43,564 bases of DNA, from assembly GCA_030765585.1 (NCBI GenBank), contig JAVCCJ010000058.1, positions 1 through 43,564 of the forward strand, given 5' to 3'. Source of the stretch: Candidatus Zapsychrus exili. Lineage in GTDB: Bacteria > Omnitrophota > Gorgyraeia > Zapsychrales > Zapsychraceae. The number at the start of each line of letters is the position of its first letter. Positions within the stretch are counted from its first letter, which is position 1. The notes beneath the pieces are model-generated. The model was given only the letters and a program-made list of their open reading frames with translations. It was not told the DNA's origin and searched no databases. This document shows positions 20,935 to 30,347 of this stretch, piece by piece. The translations under genes and the position numbers were made by a program.

Positions 20935-21887
20935 TATCGCTTAAACCTCCTGTAGCCAGAACATTCTAAAATATCAAGTTTTTCTTTTTTTGTCACTTTG
21001 TCTAAAAGCAAATTAATACCTAAATTATCACTTGCTATATGACCTGCAATTATAACGTTTAAATATTCAGATTTAGCTTTCTTAAAATGCTCTTCTGATA
21101 AATGCATACATACAAGCGTTTTTATACCAAGTTGTGACATCCTTGGGAAAATATCCTTAGACCCTTCTGTGCCACCTGTCATATCGACAAAAACTTTCCC
21201 CGCCTTATCTTTAGGATTTCCTATAAGAATTTTTGGTCCAGCATTATTAAAAGCAGCTTCTTTATATTCTGGTTCTTTTAACAAAAAACTTACAACAGCT
21301 TTTAAAGTCATTGGCTTTGTTTTATCCATCATCTTTTGTAGGAAAGAAGCTACATGATTATCTGCTGGAGTATGGCAACACATAAAAGGCATTTTAAGAA
21401 GCCTTGCTACATCTGTGCTTCTTTGATGATTTGAACCATGCACTCTTCGCGAAACTTTATCAATTCTCTTATCCATTAAGTCCTTTGCAACATCAAGTTC
21501 AATACCTAAGTTAGACAACACATCTGTTTGCAGATTCATAACATCATAAAAACTAGCCCATGCCCGACCTTCAGGATGGTGTGCTAAAACCAAATCGACA
21601 GTCTTACCTTTTTGAGCAAGTCTGTCTGCCAAGAGTATCTCGCTTGGATCTATATCTATACCCACCAACACCCTCTTTATGTCTTTGGTCAAACTACCAA
21701 ATAATATTCGAGTATCAGAATATGGATTAGTTAAACTTTCTTTGTCAAAGAACTTTTTTAAATTTGATTCTAAACTTTTATATTCTTTTTTCTTATTTAA
21801 AAGATATTTGTTTATCTGGTCTTTTTTTCTTAAATCTGTTTTTATGCCTTCATCAATACAAATCTTATAAATATCTTTTAATTTCAA
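20934..21887 (-). CDS. NIF3 (NGG1p-interacting factor)-like metal-binding protein
   Basis: AHHPEG, HTPADN, DMTGGTEG, GHIASDNLG. Confidence 0.85.
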   Translation of the reverse strand: MKLKDIYKICIDEGIKTDLRKKDQINKYLLNKKKEYKSLESNLKKFFDKESLTNPYSDTRILFGSLTKDIKRVLVGIDIDPSEILLADRLAQKGKTVDLVLAHHPEGRAWASFYDVMNLQTDVLSNLGIELDVAKDLMDKRIDKVSRRVHGSNHQRSTDVARLLKMPFMCCHTPADNHVASFLQKMMDKTKPMTLKAVVSFLLKEPEYKEAAFNNAGPKILIGNPKDKAGKVFVDMTGGTEGSKDIFPRMSQLGIKTLVCMHLSEEHFKKAKSEYLNVIIAGHIASDNLGINLLLDKVTKKEKLDILECSGYRRFKR

Positions 21888-21909
21888 TCTCTAAATCCTT
21901 TATTAATTT

Positions 21910-22521
21910 CTATTTTGGATACACTACAACATCTATTGTTCTAAGCTCTTCTGGTTTCTCTGTCTGTTTTGGCGGAGTTTCTGCCATTACTTCAAAAACT
22001 TTTTCATTAACAATTTCCCCTGGCGTAACTTTACCAATAAACTTATCATAAGAAAATCTATAAATTGCAGGAGAAAAACCCTTTATAAAACGTCCGCTAA
22101 AAGAACCTTGTGCAGCGCCTGCCAAAAAAGATATATCTGACAACATAAAACCAACTATAACAATACTGCAAACAAGAATACCTCTTATTGAAGCAAAAAA
22201 CAAGCTTCCGTACTTGCTTAAGACAGCAAAACCTTCTGGCCTTATAATAGATTTCCACCCGCTAGATAACAATAAAAACAAGAAATAAACCCAAAATATC
22301 AAGATTAAGAACGATATAATCTCAGGTGTAGCATCTGGAAAAAGAATACTACGCGTAATAATACTATAAAATTGTAAATAATAGTGTAATGATACCACTA
22401 TTCCAAAGAAAATACCTAGGAGTTTAAAAAGCTCAATAGCAATATCACTCTTTTTTCCGACGTATATACACCGAAAAATGATGGCAACCATTAATAGGTC
22501 TACCCAGCTAAATTTCAACAT
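21910..22521 (-). CDS. CvpA family membrane protein
   Basis: SWVDL start, 4 hydrophobic helices, G..F..IRG. Confidence 0.7.
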   Translation of the reverse strand: MLKFSWVDLLMVAIIFRCIYVGKKSDIAIELFKLLGIFFGIVVSLHYYLQFYSIITRSILFPDATPEIISFLILIFWVYFLFLLLSSGWKSIIRPEGFAVLSKYGSLFFASIRGILVCSIVIVGFMLSDISFLAGAAQGSFSGRFIKGFSPAIYRFSYDKFIGKVTPGEIVNEKVFEVMAETPPKQTEKPEELRTIDVVVYPK

Positions 22522-22565
22522 ATAATGTTCCTAATTTAGGGAAAGTTTATGTGTAGAGTGGTGAA

Positions 22566-22594
22566 AGTATAACACACGAAAAACCCGATGTCAA
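22566..22594 (-). promoter_or_regulatory. sigma70 promoter of cvpA-nif3-dnaG-rpoD
   Basis: TTGACA-17bp-TATACT with TG extension. Confidence 0.8.
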
Positions 22595-22603
22595 GGGAGC
22601 TTC

Positions 22604-22634
22604 TAGGGCTTTAAAAAAATACTTTAAAGCCCTA
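22604..22634. repeat. inverted repeat between divergent promoters
   Basis: TAGGGCTTTAAA...TTTAAAGCCCTA. Confidence 0.55.
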
Positions 22635-22686
22635 AATTATTGACAAATAGTAACTTATAGAAAAACCTCTACCATTACAGTTTATC

Positions 22687-22715
22687 TTGACAAGTGAGCT
22701 TTTAAATGTTATCTT
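22687..22715 (+). promoter_or_regulatory. sigma70 promoter of diguanylate cyclase gene
   Basis: TTGACA-17bp-TATCTT with TG extension. Confidence 0.7.
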
Positions 22716-22786
22716 TCATCGCATAGAAGTTAATCCTATTTATATTAAAATATTTTATAAAATAATTAGTATTAATAGACAAGGTT

Positions 22787-23962
22787 ATGGAAGAAAGTAT
22801 TTACACAGATAAAGAGTCTTATCAAGAAAAGTTTCAGAGAGCTCAAAGAGACCTAGCAGTTCTTTATGAAGTCAGCAACGCTATGCGAACGACTCTTGAC
22901 CTTAATCATGTACTATATATCATTCTTACTGGCGTAACAGCTCATACTGGTCTAGGCTTTAATAGGGCTACATTATTTCTAGTTAATGAAAAAGATCAAC
23001 ATTTAGAGCCAAGGATGGCGATAGGTCCTGAATCAGGCGAAGATGCACAAAGAATCTGGTATAACATTCACGAGTACAATCATGGGCTTGATGACCTGAT
23101 TAAAAAAGAAAAACTTAACGAAAATATAAACCAGTCAACACTATACAAATCTATCAAGCAATTAAAGATACCTCTCTCTGAGGACAATCTTCTATCAAAA
23201 GCATATCATTCAGGAGTTCCAACACACATAACTCAAGACCAAATTTATCAATACTCAAGCGATAGATTTTTACAAGTATTTCAAACAAATGCTCTTGTTA
23301 TTATGCCTCTTAAAAGAAAAAACAAGGTAAACGGGCTTATTGTTGCTGACAACCTTTACACTCAAAAACCTATCTCTGAAGACGATCTTAAAATATTTGT
23401 TATGCTTGCAAACCAAGCTGGACTAGCCATTGAAAACTCAAGACTATACGAAATGACCATTCACAAAAGTCGGACTGACTCTTTGACATCATTATGGAAC
23501 CATGGGTATTTTCAAGAAGAGCTTACTAAACAAATAGAGATACATAATAACAATAAAAATCAACTAAGCCTTCTTATGATAGATATGGATAACTTTAAGG
23601 GCTTAAATGATGAGTATGGACATCAATACGGAGATACCATACTAAAAGAAATTGCTATGATTTTAAAAGACTCTTCTAGGGATGATGATTTCGTCTGTAG
23701 GTATGGTGGTGAAGAATTCTCTATAATCTTGACACAAACAAACAAAGAACAAGGATATGCTATTTCTGAAAGAATTAGACGAAAAATAGAAAAAAAAGAG
23801 TTTAATAAACCAAACTCGGAAGAAAAACTTCATGTATCTGTTAGTATTGGACTATCTACTCTTCCCGATGATGCAAGCAACAAAGAAAATCTAATATCCA
23901 GATCAGATAAAGCAATGTATATCGCAAAATTTAGCGGAAAGAATCAGACAATTACAGCTTAA
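22787..23962 (+). CDS. GAF-GGDEF diguanylate cyclase
   Basis: DMDNFKGLNDEYGHQYGD, I-site RDDD, RYGGEEF; N-terminal GAF. Confidence 0.93.
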   Translation: MEESIYTDKESYQEKFQRAQRDLAVLYEVSNAMRTTLDLNHVLYIILTGVTAHTGLGFNRATLFLVNEKDQHLEPRMAIGPESGEDAQRIWYNIHEYNHGLDDLIKKEKLNENINQSTLYKSIKQLKIPLSEDNLLSKAYHSGVPTHITQDQIYQYSSDRFLQVFQTNALVIMPLKRKNKVNGLIVADNLYTQKPISEDDLKIFVMLANQAGLAIENSRLYEMTIHKSRTDSLTSLWNHGYFQEELTKQIEIHNNNKNQLSLLMIDMDNFKGLNDEYGHQYGDTILKEIAMILKDSSRDDDFVCRYGGEEFSIILTQTNKEQGYAISERIRRKIEKKEFNKPNSEEKLHVSVSIGLSTLPDDASNKENLISRSDKAMYIAKFSGKNQTITA

Positions 23963-23967
23963 AATTT

Positions 23968-24011
23968 AGCCCCGTCAGAAAATAAAATTTATTCTATTTT
24001 CTGACGGGGCT
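23968..24011. terminator. 17-bp inverted repeat between convergent genes (bidirectional terminator or REP-like)
   Basis: AGCCCCGTCAGAAAATA-N10-TATTTTCTGACGGGGCT. Confidence 0.7.
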
Positions 24012-24044
24012 CTCTCAATCTTTTGTGGATAGTAATACCCTATT

Positions 24045-27000
24045 TTAAACTCCTACTGCCACTTCTTCTTTCTTTCCCTGTTTTTTATCCTCAGAAAACT
24101 TAACAGAAACAATTCTGGAAATTCCTGTTTCTGGCATAGTAATTCCATACATAACATCAGAGATAGCTATTGTCTTTTTATTATGTGTTATCACTATAAA
24201 CTGTGCTATTTTTGCAAAGTCTTTTAAAAGATAGCTAAACCTATCTACATTTGCCTCATCTAATGCAGCATCAATTTCATCAAGCACACAGAATGGGCTT
24301 GGATTAACCTTAAACACCCCAAAAATAAGTGCTATCGCTGTAAGAGTCTTTTCTCCACCAGAAAGCAAACTAATGCTTTGTGGTTTCTTCCCAGGAGGTC
24401 TTGCTACGATATCAATACCGGACTCCAAGACATTGTCTGGGTCGAGCAAGACCAACTGGGCTTCTCCTCCTCCAAAGAGCATTCTAAAATAAATTCTAAA
24501 CTCTTCGCCAACCTTAGTGAATGTATCCATAAACATTCTTCTAGTTGAACGATTTATTTTGTTTATAGTACTCATCAATTGTGATTTCGCTTCTATCAAA
24601 TCACTTTGTTGCTTCGTTAAAAATTCAAATCTCTCTTTTAATTCTTCATATTCTTCAATAGCAACTAAGTTAACACTTCCATAAGAATCACATCTTTTCT
24701 TAAGTTTTATAAGACCATTACTAGCTTCTTCTATGTCTATGTCGTCTTCTTCTAGCAAAAACTCGCAATTAAACACTTCTTCTTTTTTAACAGGCGCTTG
24801 TGTTTCTTCTTGTAGCTCCCCCTGTGATTCCAGTTGTGGACCCTCTAAAGGTCTTAGATGAGGTCCATATTCTGGTCCTAGTTCAGCATCGCTTACTTCT
24901 TTCAATTGCTTATCTTGAGCAGCAACCTCTTCCTGCGATTCTTCTCCCTTAGCTTCTTGCAAGACATCTAAAGCAACCTGCCTTTCTGACTCTTCTCTTT
25001 CTAATCTTTGCTGTTTAGCTTTTTCTAGAGCTTCATCAAAATCCATTTTATATGTCTGAACAAGACGATCTTTTATACTCTGAGACTTAAATGAAAATTC
25101 TTGTTCATTAAGCTCCTGACCATGTCTTTCTTGTTTTAGTTCATCTAATTTAGTTTCTAGTTCTTTCATTCTAGAACGAGAATTATTTATACTTCTTCCA
25201 ACTTCTTCCTTTTGAATTTCTTGCTCAGATAAAACAACTCTTAAAGAGTCCTTCTTTATTTTTACTTCTTCGTTTTCAACGCTTAATTTTTCTATCTCTC
25301 TTCGATATTCTTCGTTCTTCGCACCATAACCTGAATACTCATCCTCTATTTTCTTTATTTCTTCAAGCCAACTATCTAAGGACTCCGAAAATGTTGTTTC
25401 ATTATCTTGATTTACTCTCAATTTATCTCTTTGAGAGTTAAGCTCTGTTTCAAGCTGAGCAATAGACACCGTAACGTCTTCTTTTTCTTTCATCTTTTGA
25501 TTAATAGATTCTTGCCCGCCCTTAATTGCATTCTGCCCTGAACCTATGTCTTGATTGACGGTATCAAGCTGATAATTTATTTCTTCTTCTTTCTTTCTTG
25601 TGCTAGAAAGAAGTTCTCTTACTTCTTCGGTTTCAGAATCAACTAACTCTAATTCTCCTGATAATTTATTAATTTCTTCTAATACATCTATTTTTTGAGA
25701 TTCTAAAATTGAATAATCTTTTTCTTTATTCTGAAGATCCTCTATTATTCTTCTTAAGATATTCATTTCATCTTCAATTCGTGCCTTAAGATTCTCTGCT
25801 TGTGATAATAATTGAACTATTTCTCTTTCGATTTCTTCCATTTGAGAAGATATATTCTGAGGGTCTAGTTCAATAAACTTTGTTTCACAAATAACCTCAA
25901 ATAAACCCGACAAATTACTAATCTCTTCTACTCTATAACTTAAGCTCTTTTTAAGAGTCTCGAATTTTTCGGAGCTGAGGGGCAAAACTTCTTTGACCTT
26001 ACCAATAATCCCGGTATGATGCTCCAAAGGTGGTGCTTGCGTTATGAATCGCCCCTCAACTACTGGATCCGGCATGTCTTGATACTGGACATGCAGCTTC
26101 TCTATAAACTCTTTCTGCGACTTAAGAAAGAGTTTCTTTTTATCTAATGTATCAATTGATTCTTCTACCCTAGCTAAATCTTCTCTCAATCCATCTATTT
26201 GACTTCCCTTGTTTTCTTTTTCTAAATCTAACTCACCTACAACAATCTTTAATCCATTAATTTGACCTTCAACGCTTTCAAATTTTTCATTTATATCTCT
26301 TTTTTCATCTAAGACCTTTTGATTTTCTATTTCTAATCTCTTCTTTCTTGCTAAAGCACCCTGCATTTCTTTAATAACGTCAGTAAGCTCATTACGAAGG
26401 TTGACTTGTTTAGATGTTAAAACAAAAATTCTTTCTTCAGTTTCTTTTATTCTTGATCTTTCGCTCTCTATAGCTCTTTCTATTCTAGATAAATTATCTC
26501 TTTTATTAAAAAGTACACTCTCATCTTCCAAAATTTTTTCATTTAAGAAAATAGTATCTTGCCTTAACTCTTCAATCTTTGTTTGTTGATTTTTGCAGCG
26601 CTCTATTAGTTGCTCTTTTTGTTCCTCCAACTTCTCTGCGTTCTTAATCAAATTGTCAATACGCTCTTCATTAAACCCAATCTGCCTACTATTTAAATCA
26701 ATTTGACTCTCAAGCTTTATATCCTCAGATCTAATATCACCTATTTTTTCATCAATCTCACCTAGATGATTAATTTCATTCGTCAAAGTCTCTGAAACTT
26801 CATCAATACCCAAATCAAATTGAGATTCTTTCTCTCTAATAGACGACAACCTTTCGCCTAAAGTGCTTTTTTGTCTTTGTATACCACCTAATTGATTCTT
26901 TGCTACTCTTAACTCAAGTGTCTTTAATTTCTCAAATTCACCTTTATATTTTCTTGCCTTATTAGCTTGACGCTCTATTGAACCTATTTGCCTTTTTACT

Positions 27001-27590
27001 TCAACAGCTATATCATTTATTCTAAGAAGATTGTTCTCAGTGTCCTTAAGCTTATTCAACGCTTCTCTCTTCTTTGCCTTATATCTTGTAATTCCAGAAG
27101 CTTCATCAAAAATCATTCGTCTTTCTTCTGGTTTAGCACTTACAACCAAATCAACTTTTCCTTGTTGAATCATAGAATATGCTTCAGCTCCAATTCCTGT
27201 ACCCATTAAAAGCTGTTGTATGTCTTTAAGTCGCGCTGTTTTCTTATTAAGCAAATATTCGCTTTCGCCAGAACGATGCAGTCTTCTTGTAATAATTACT
27301 TCTTTCTCATCAATATCAAATGCGCCTGTCTTATTAGAGAAGTGCAAACTAACTTCAGCAAGATTAACGGGAGGCCTCTTATCAGTTCCACTGAATATTA
27401 CATCTTCTCTTGCTGATGCTCTCAGCTCTTTTATGCTTTGTTCTCCTAATACCCAACGTATCGCATCAAAGACATTGCTTTTGCCGCATCCGTTAGGACC
27501 AACAACAGCTGTAATTCCAGATTCAAAATTAAGGACAGTCTTGTCAGCGAATGATTTGAATCCAAATATCTCTAATTTTCTAAGGTACAT
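24045..27590 (-). CDS. smc: chromosome partition protein Smc (atypical hinge)
   Basis: GFKSF, GPNGCGKSN, LSGGEK, LDEIDAALD, VITH; long coiled coils. Confidence 0.93.
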   Translation of the reverse strand: MYLRKLEIFGFKSFADKTVLNFESGITAVVGPNGCGKSNVFDAIRWVLGEQSIKELRASAREDVIFSGTDKRPPVNLAEVSLHFSNKTGAFDIDEKEVIITRRLHRSGESEYLLNKKTARLKDIQQLLMGTGIGAEAYSMIQQGKVDLVVSAKPEERRMIFDEASGITRYKAKKREALNKLKDTENNLLRINDIAVEVKRQIGSIERQANKARKYKGEFEKLKTLELRVAKNQLGGIQRQKSTLGERLSSIREKESQFDLGIDEVSETLTNEINHLGEIDEKIGDIRSEDIKLESQIDLNSRQIGFNEERIDNLIKNAEKLEEQKEQLIERCKNQQTKIEELRQDTIFLNEKILEDESVLFNKRDNLSRIERAIESERSRIKETEERIFVLTSKQVNLRNELTDVIKEMQGALARKKRLEIENQKVLDEKRDINEKFESVEGQINGLKIVVGELDLEKENKGSQIDGLREDLARVEESIDTLDKKKLFLKSQKEFIEKLHVQYQDMPDPVVEGRFITQAPPLEHHTGIIGKVKEVLPLSSEKFETLKKSLSYRVEEISNLSGLFEVICETKFIELDPQNISSQMEEIEREIVQLLSQAENLKARIEDEMNILRRIIEDLQNKEKDYSILESQKIDVLEEINKLSGELELVDSETEEVRELLSSTRKKEEEINYQLDTVNQDIGSGQNAIKGGQESINQKMKEKEDVTVSIAQLETELNSQRDKLRVNQDNETTFSESLDSWLEEIKKIEDEYSGYGAKNEEYRREIEKLSVENEEVKIKKDSLRVVLSEQEIQKEEVGRSINNSRSRMKELETKLDELKQERHGQELNEQEFSFKSQSIKDRLVQTYKMDFDEALEKAKQQRLEREESERQVALDVLQEAKGEESQEEVAAQDKQLKEVSDAELGPEYGPHLRPLEGPQLESQGELQEETQAPVKKEEVFNCEFLLEEDDIDIEEASNGLIKLKKRCDSYGSVNLVAIEEYEELKERFEFLTKQQSDLIEAKSQLMSTINKINRSTRRMFMDTFTKVGEEFRIYFRMLFGGGEAQLVLLDPDNVLESGIDIVARPPGKKPQSISLLSGGEKTLTAIALIFGVFKVNPSPFCVLDEIDAALDEANVDRFSYLLKDFAKIAQFIVITHNKKTIAISDVMYGITMPETGISRIVSVKFSEDKKQGKKEEVAVGV

Positions 27591-27599
27591 AAAATTCTC

Positions 27600-27773
27600 C
27601 TATTCCTGGTTGCTATCAAGCCAAGCATCTATTTTTTCTTTCTTAAATCTCCATTGACCAACAGTTTTAATGGCAGGGATCTTTCTCATCTTTACCCATT
27701 CGTAAATAGTTCTCCTCTTTACGCGTAGGTAATCAGCAACTTCGTCTATTGTCATTAGTTCTTGAAATTGCAT
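27600..27773 (-). CDS. 57-aa excisionase/BldC-like HTH (HTH_17) DNA-binding protein
   Basis: Not in ORF track: MQFQELMTIDEVADYLRVKRRTIYEWVKMRKIPAIKTVGQWRFKKEKIDAWLDSNQE; AGGAG RBS; stop 9 nt before smc ATG. Confidence 0.92.
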   Translation of the reverse strand: MQFQELMTIDEVADYLRVKRRTIYEWVKMRKIPAIKTVGQWRFKKEKIDAWLDSNQE

Positions 27774-27845
27774 TTCTGTGTTTCTTCTCCTCTGGTAAGT
27801 AAGCGTTAAGTTCTGACATTCAAGTTTCGCAACGTCGCAATAAAC

Positions 27846-27874
27846 AATTTATTACATATCTTTACACTTGTCAA
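27846..27874 (-). promoter_or_regulatory. sigma70 promoter of HTH-smc
   Basis: TTGACA-17bp-TAAATT. Confidence 0.65.
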
Positions 27875-27980
27875 CACTTTTGTCACTTTTTTTCTGTATT
27901 AGCCTAGATTAGACTATTATCGACTATTTACATCAACATCATATCGTTTAAATCACTTTAAATCAATTGTAATTCTTTGT

Positions 27981-28080
27981 TTTACATTTACTTACATTTA
28001 TTACCATATATAGCTTATCTTTGCATATACTTACATAAAGTTACATATACTAACATATGATGACATATTATGACATTAAA
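27981..28080. repeat. 10-bp-period direct repeat array (core ACAT)
   Basis: tttACATtta cttACATtta ttacCATata tagcttatct ttgCATatac ttACATaaag ttACATatac taACATatga tgACATatta tgACATtaaa. Confidence 0.85.
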
Positions 28081-28288
28081 ATAACGCTTTTAGGTGAGAA
28101 ATTGAATAAAGACAGTGTTTATTACGGGATTTATTAGTTACCTATATATTAAGGAAGGGACTGTTGAAGTTTTCTGTAGAGCTAAAATTGCTTATTGTAC
28201 TTCTAAATTAAGAAAAAGCTTCCTATTGCCATAGTCCACAAGATAGACTACAGGATTATTGCAATTTTTTATCAAAAATTACAATCGC

Positions 28289-29485
28289 TTATTTATTTAA
28301 AGCTTCTTTGAATTTGCGCGTCAAAAGAGGAACGACTTGGAAGACATCTCCGACTATACCAAAAGTCGCAACACCAAATATAGGTGCATGAGGATCTTGA
28401 TTGATTGCTATAATAATATCAGCAGACTGCATTCCAACTAAATGCTGAATTTGTCCTGATATTCCACAAGCAATATATATCTTAGGACAAACTGTCTTAC
28501 CAGTTTGACCAACTTGATGAGAATATGGTATCCAACCCGCATCAACTGCAGCACGAGATGAACCAACAGCGCCACCTAAAACCTTAGCCAATTCTTCTAT
28601 CATCGCAAAGTTTTCAGGAGCTTTTATTCCACGACCACCTGAGACAATAATATCGGCTTCAGTTAAGTTAACTGTTGAAGTCACTTCTTCTACGATATCT
28701 AAAATCTTTGTTCTAGATTTATAAAGACTTTTACTAAGCGTTTCTTCTATTATCTCACCCTTGCGAGTAGTATCTAATTCACTTTCTTTAAAAACTTTAT
28801 GACGAACCGTTGCCATTTGTGGTCTATGATTCTTACTAAGAATCGTTGCCATAATGTTTCCACCAAAAGCAGGTCTAGTTTGAAGCAAAAATCTTTCTTT
28901 TTCATCAACATCTAAAGCAGTACGATCAGCAGTCAAACCAGTATGAAGTTTAACCGCAACACGCGATACAAGTGATCTACCAATAAAAGTAGCGCCACAT
29001 AATAAAATTTCAGGCCTATATTTTCTGACCAAATTAACTAAAGCATTTGTATACGGCTCGTCGAGAAAATGTTCTAACTCGGGTGCGTCTATTAAATAAA
29101 CCTTATCTGCTCCGCGATGAATCAATTCTTTCGCTTTATCTTTTACATCTTTTCCTAATAATACACAACAAAGTTCAGTCTTTAGTTTGTCAGCAAGCTC
29201 GCGACCTTTTCCTAATAGTTCATAAACAACAGGTTGAACAGCACCTCGCTTTTGTTCGCCAAATACCCAAACACCTTTATATTCTTCTAAGTGAGGAGTT
29301 TTAGACGCTTCTCTTTTAATTTCAATTGCATCGAAATTACAAGACTCTTCACAAGCGCTACATAAAGTACATTTATCATAATCAATAACTGCTTTTTTTG
29401 ACACCATTGATATTGCTGCAAATGGACACGCCTTGACACAAAGTGAACAGCCGGTACATTTATTTTTTATAATTTTAATGCTCAT
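28289..29485 (-). CDS. etfA: electron transfer flavoprotein alpha with N-terminal 2x[4Fe-4S] domain
   Basis: CTGCSLCVKACP/CTLCSACEESC; QTRPAFGG; QVGQTGKTV; GISGQIQH. Confidence 0.95.
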   Translation of the reverse strand: MSIKIIKNKCTGCSLCVKACPFAAISMVSKKAVIDYDKCTLCSACEESCNFDAIEIKREASKTPHLEEYKGVWVFGEQKRGAVQPVVYELLGKGRELADKLKTELCCVLLGKDVKDKAKELIHRGADKVYLIDAPELEHFLDEPYTNALVNLVRKYRPEILLCGATFIGRSLVSRVAVKLHTGLTADRTALDVDEKERFLLQTRPAFGGNIMATILSKNHRPQMATVRHKVFKESELDTTRKGEIIEETLSKSLYKSRTKILDIVEEVTSTVNLTEADIIVSGGRGIKAPENFAMIEELAKVLGGAVGSSRAAVDAGWIPYSHQVGQTGKTVCPKIYIACGISGQIQHLVGMQSADIIIAINQDPHAPIFGVATFGIVGDVFQVVPLLTRKFKEALNK

Positions 29486-30267
29486 TGTAATATTCTATCC
29501 TTTAATTCATTAACTAATTTTGTTGTGGCTTCTTCTGGTTCTGTTTCATAAATTTCGCCTCTTGGTCTTGCAGGTGGAGTGAAAACTTTAGAAACCCATG
29601 TCGGAGAACCTGTTAATCCTAAACGATCTTCTTCTGTATCTAAATCAATTGCATTAAGCGTTTTTATTTGTAATTTTTTAGCTGCCATACGTCCTTTTAG
29701 AGAAGGTATTCTTGGTTCATTTATTTCTTTTACAACCGTGATAAGACAAGGTAATGAAGTCTCAAGTATTTCAAAGCCTTCTTCTGTGCTTCTTTCAATA
29801 ACTGCTGTTTTTTCTTTTACATCTTCTATTTTTTTAACATAAGTAGCTTGTGGAATGTCTAGCTGAGTTGCTATTCCAGGACCAACCTGAGCAGTATCTC
29901 CGTCGGAAGCCTGCTTTCCACAAATTATAATGTCGTATTCTCCAATTTTTTTAATAGCGGCCGCTAAAGTATAGCCTGTTGCAAGAGTATCTGACCCTGC
30001 AAAAGCTCTGTCACTTACAAGATAAGCCTCATCGCACCCCATAGATACTGCTTCTTTTAAAGCAGACTCTGCTTGAGGGGGTCCCATAGTAAGAACAGAT
30101 ACCTTTCCACCATGTTTTTCTTTCAAGCGTACGCCTTCTTCTATGGCATACATATCAAAAGGATTTATGACTGAATCAACCCCTTCACGAATCAACGTAT
30201 TTGTTTCTGGATCAATTTTTACCTGAGTCGTATCAGGAACTTGTTTTATACATACAATTATATTCAT
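29482..30267 (-). CDS. etfB: electron transfer flavoprotein beta
   Basis: CIKQVPD, FAGSDTLAT, GKQASDGDTAQVG. Confidence 0.96.
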   Translation of the reverse strand: MNIIVCIKQVPDTTQVKIDPETNTLIREGVDSVINPFDMYAIEEGVRLKEKHGGKVSVLTMGPPQAESALKEAVSMGCDEAYLVSDRAFAGSDTLATGYTLAAAIKKIGEYDIIICGKQASDGDTAQVGPGIATQLDIPQATYVKKIEDVKEKTAVIERSTEEGFEILETSLPCLITVVKEINEPRIPSLKGRMAAKKLQIKTLNAIDLDTEEDRLGLTGSPTWVSKVFTPPARPRGEIYETEPEEATTKLVNELKDRILQ

Positions 30268-30347
30268 TGTTTCTACTCCAAATTATATTTAAGTGATCGG
30301 CGATCTGTTGTCGGTCATCGATAAAAATTTTTACTAATTACCTATGT

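Noticed and set aside
24045..27590. Wadjet/MksB or SbcC/Rad50 instead of Smc
   Set aside because: Head sequences are typical Smc, there is no CxxC hook, and no jet/mks or sbcD neighbours
27600..27773. Prophage or ICE excisionase
   Set aside because: No integrase, att repeats or phage genes in the window; gene is coupled to smc
27981..28080. CRISPR array or oriC
   Set aside because: Units are 10 bp with no spacers and no cas genes; no DnaA-box cluster or dnaA nearby
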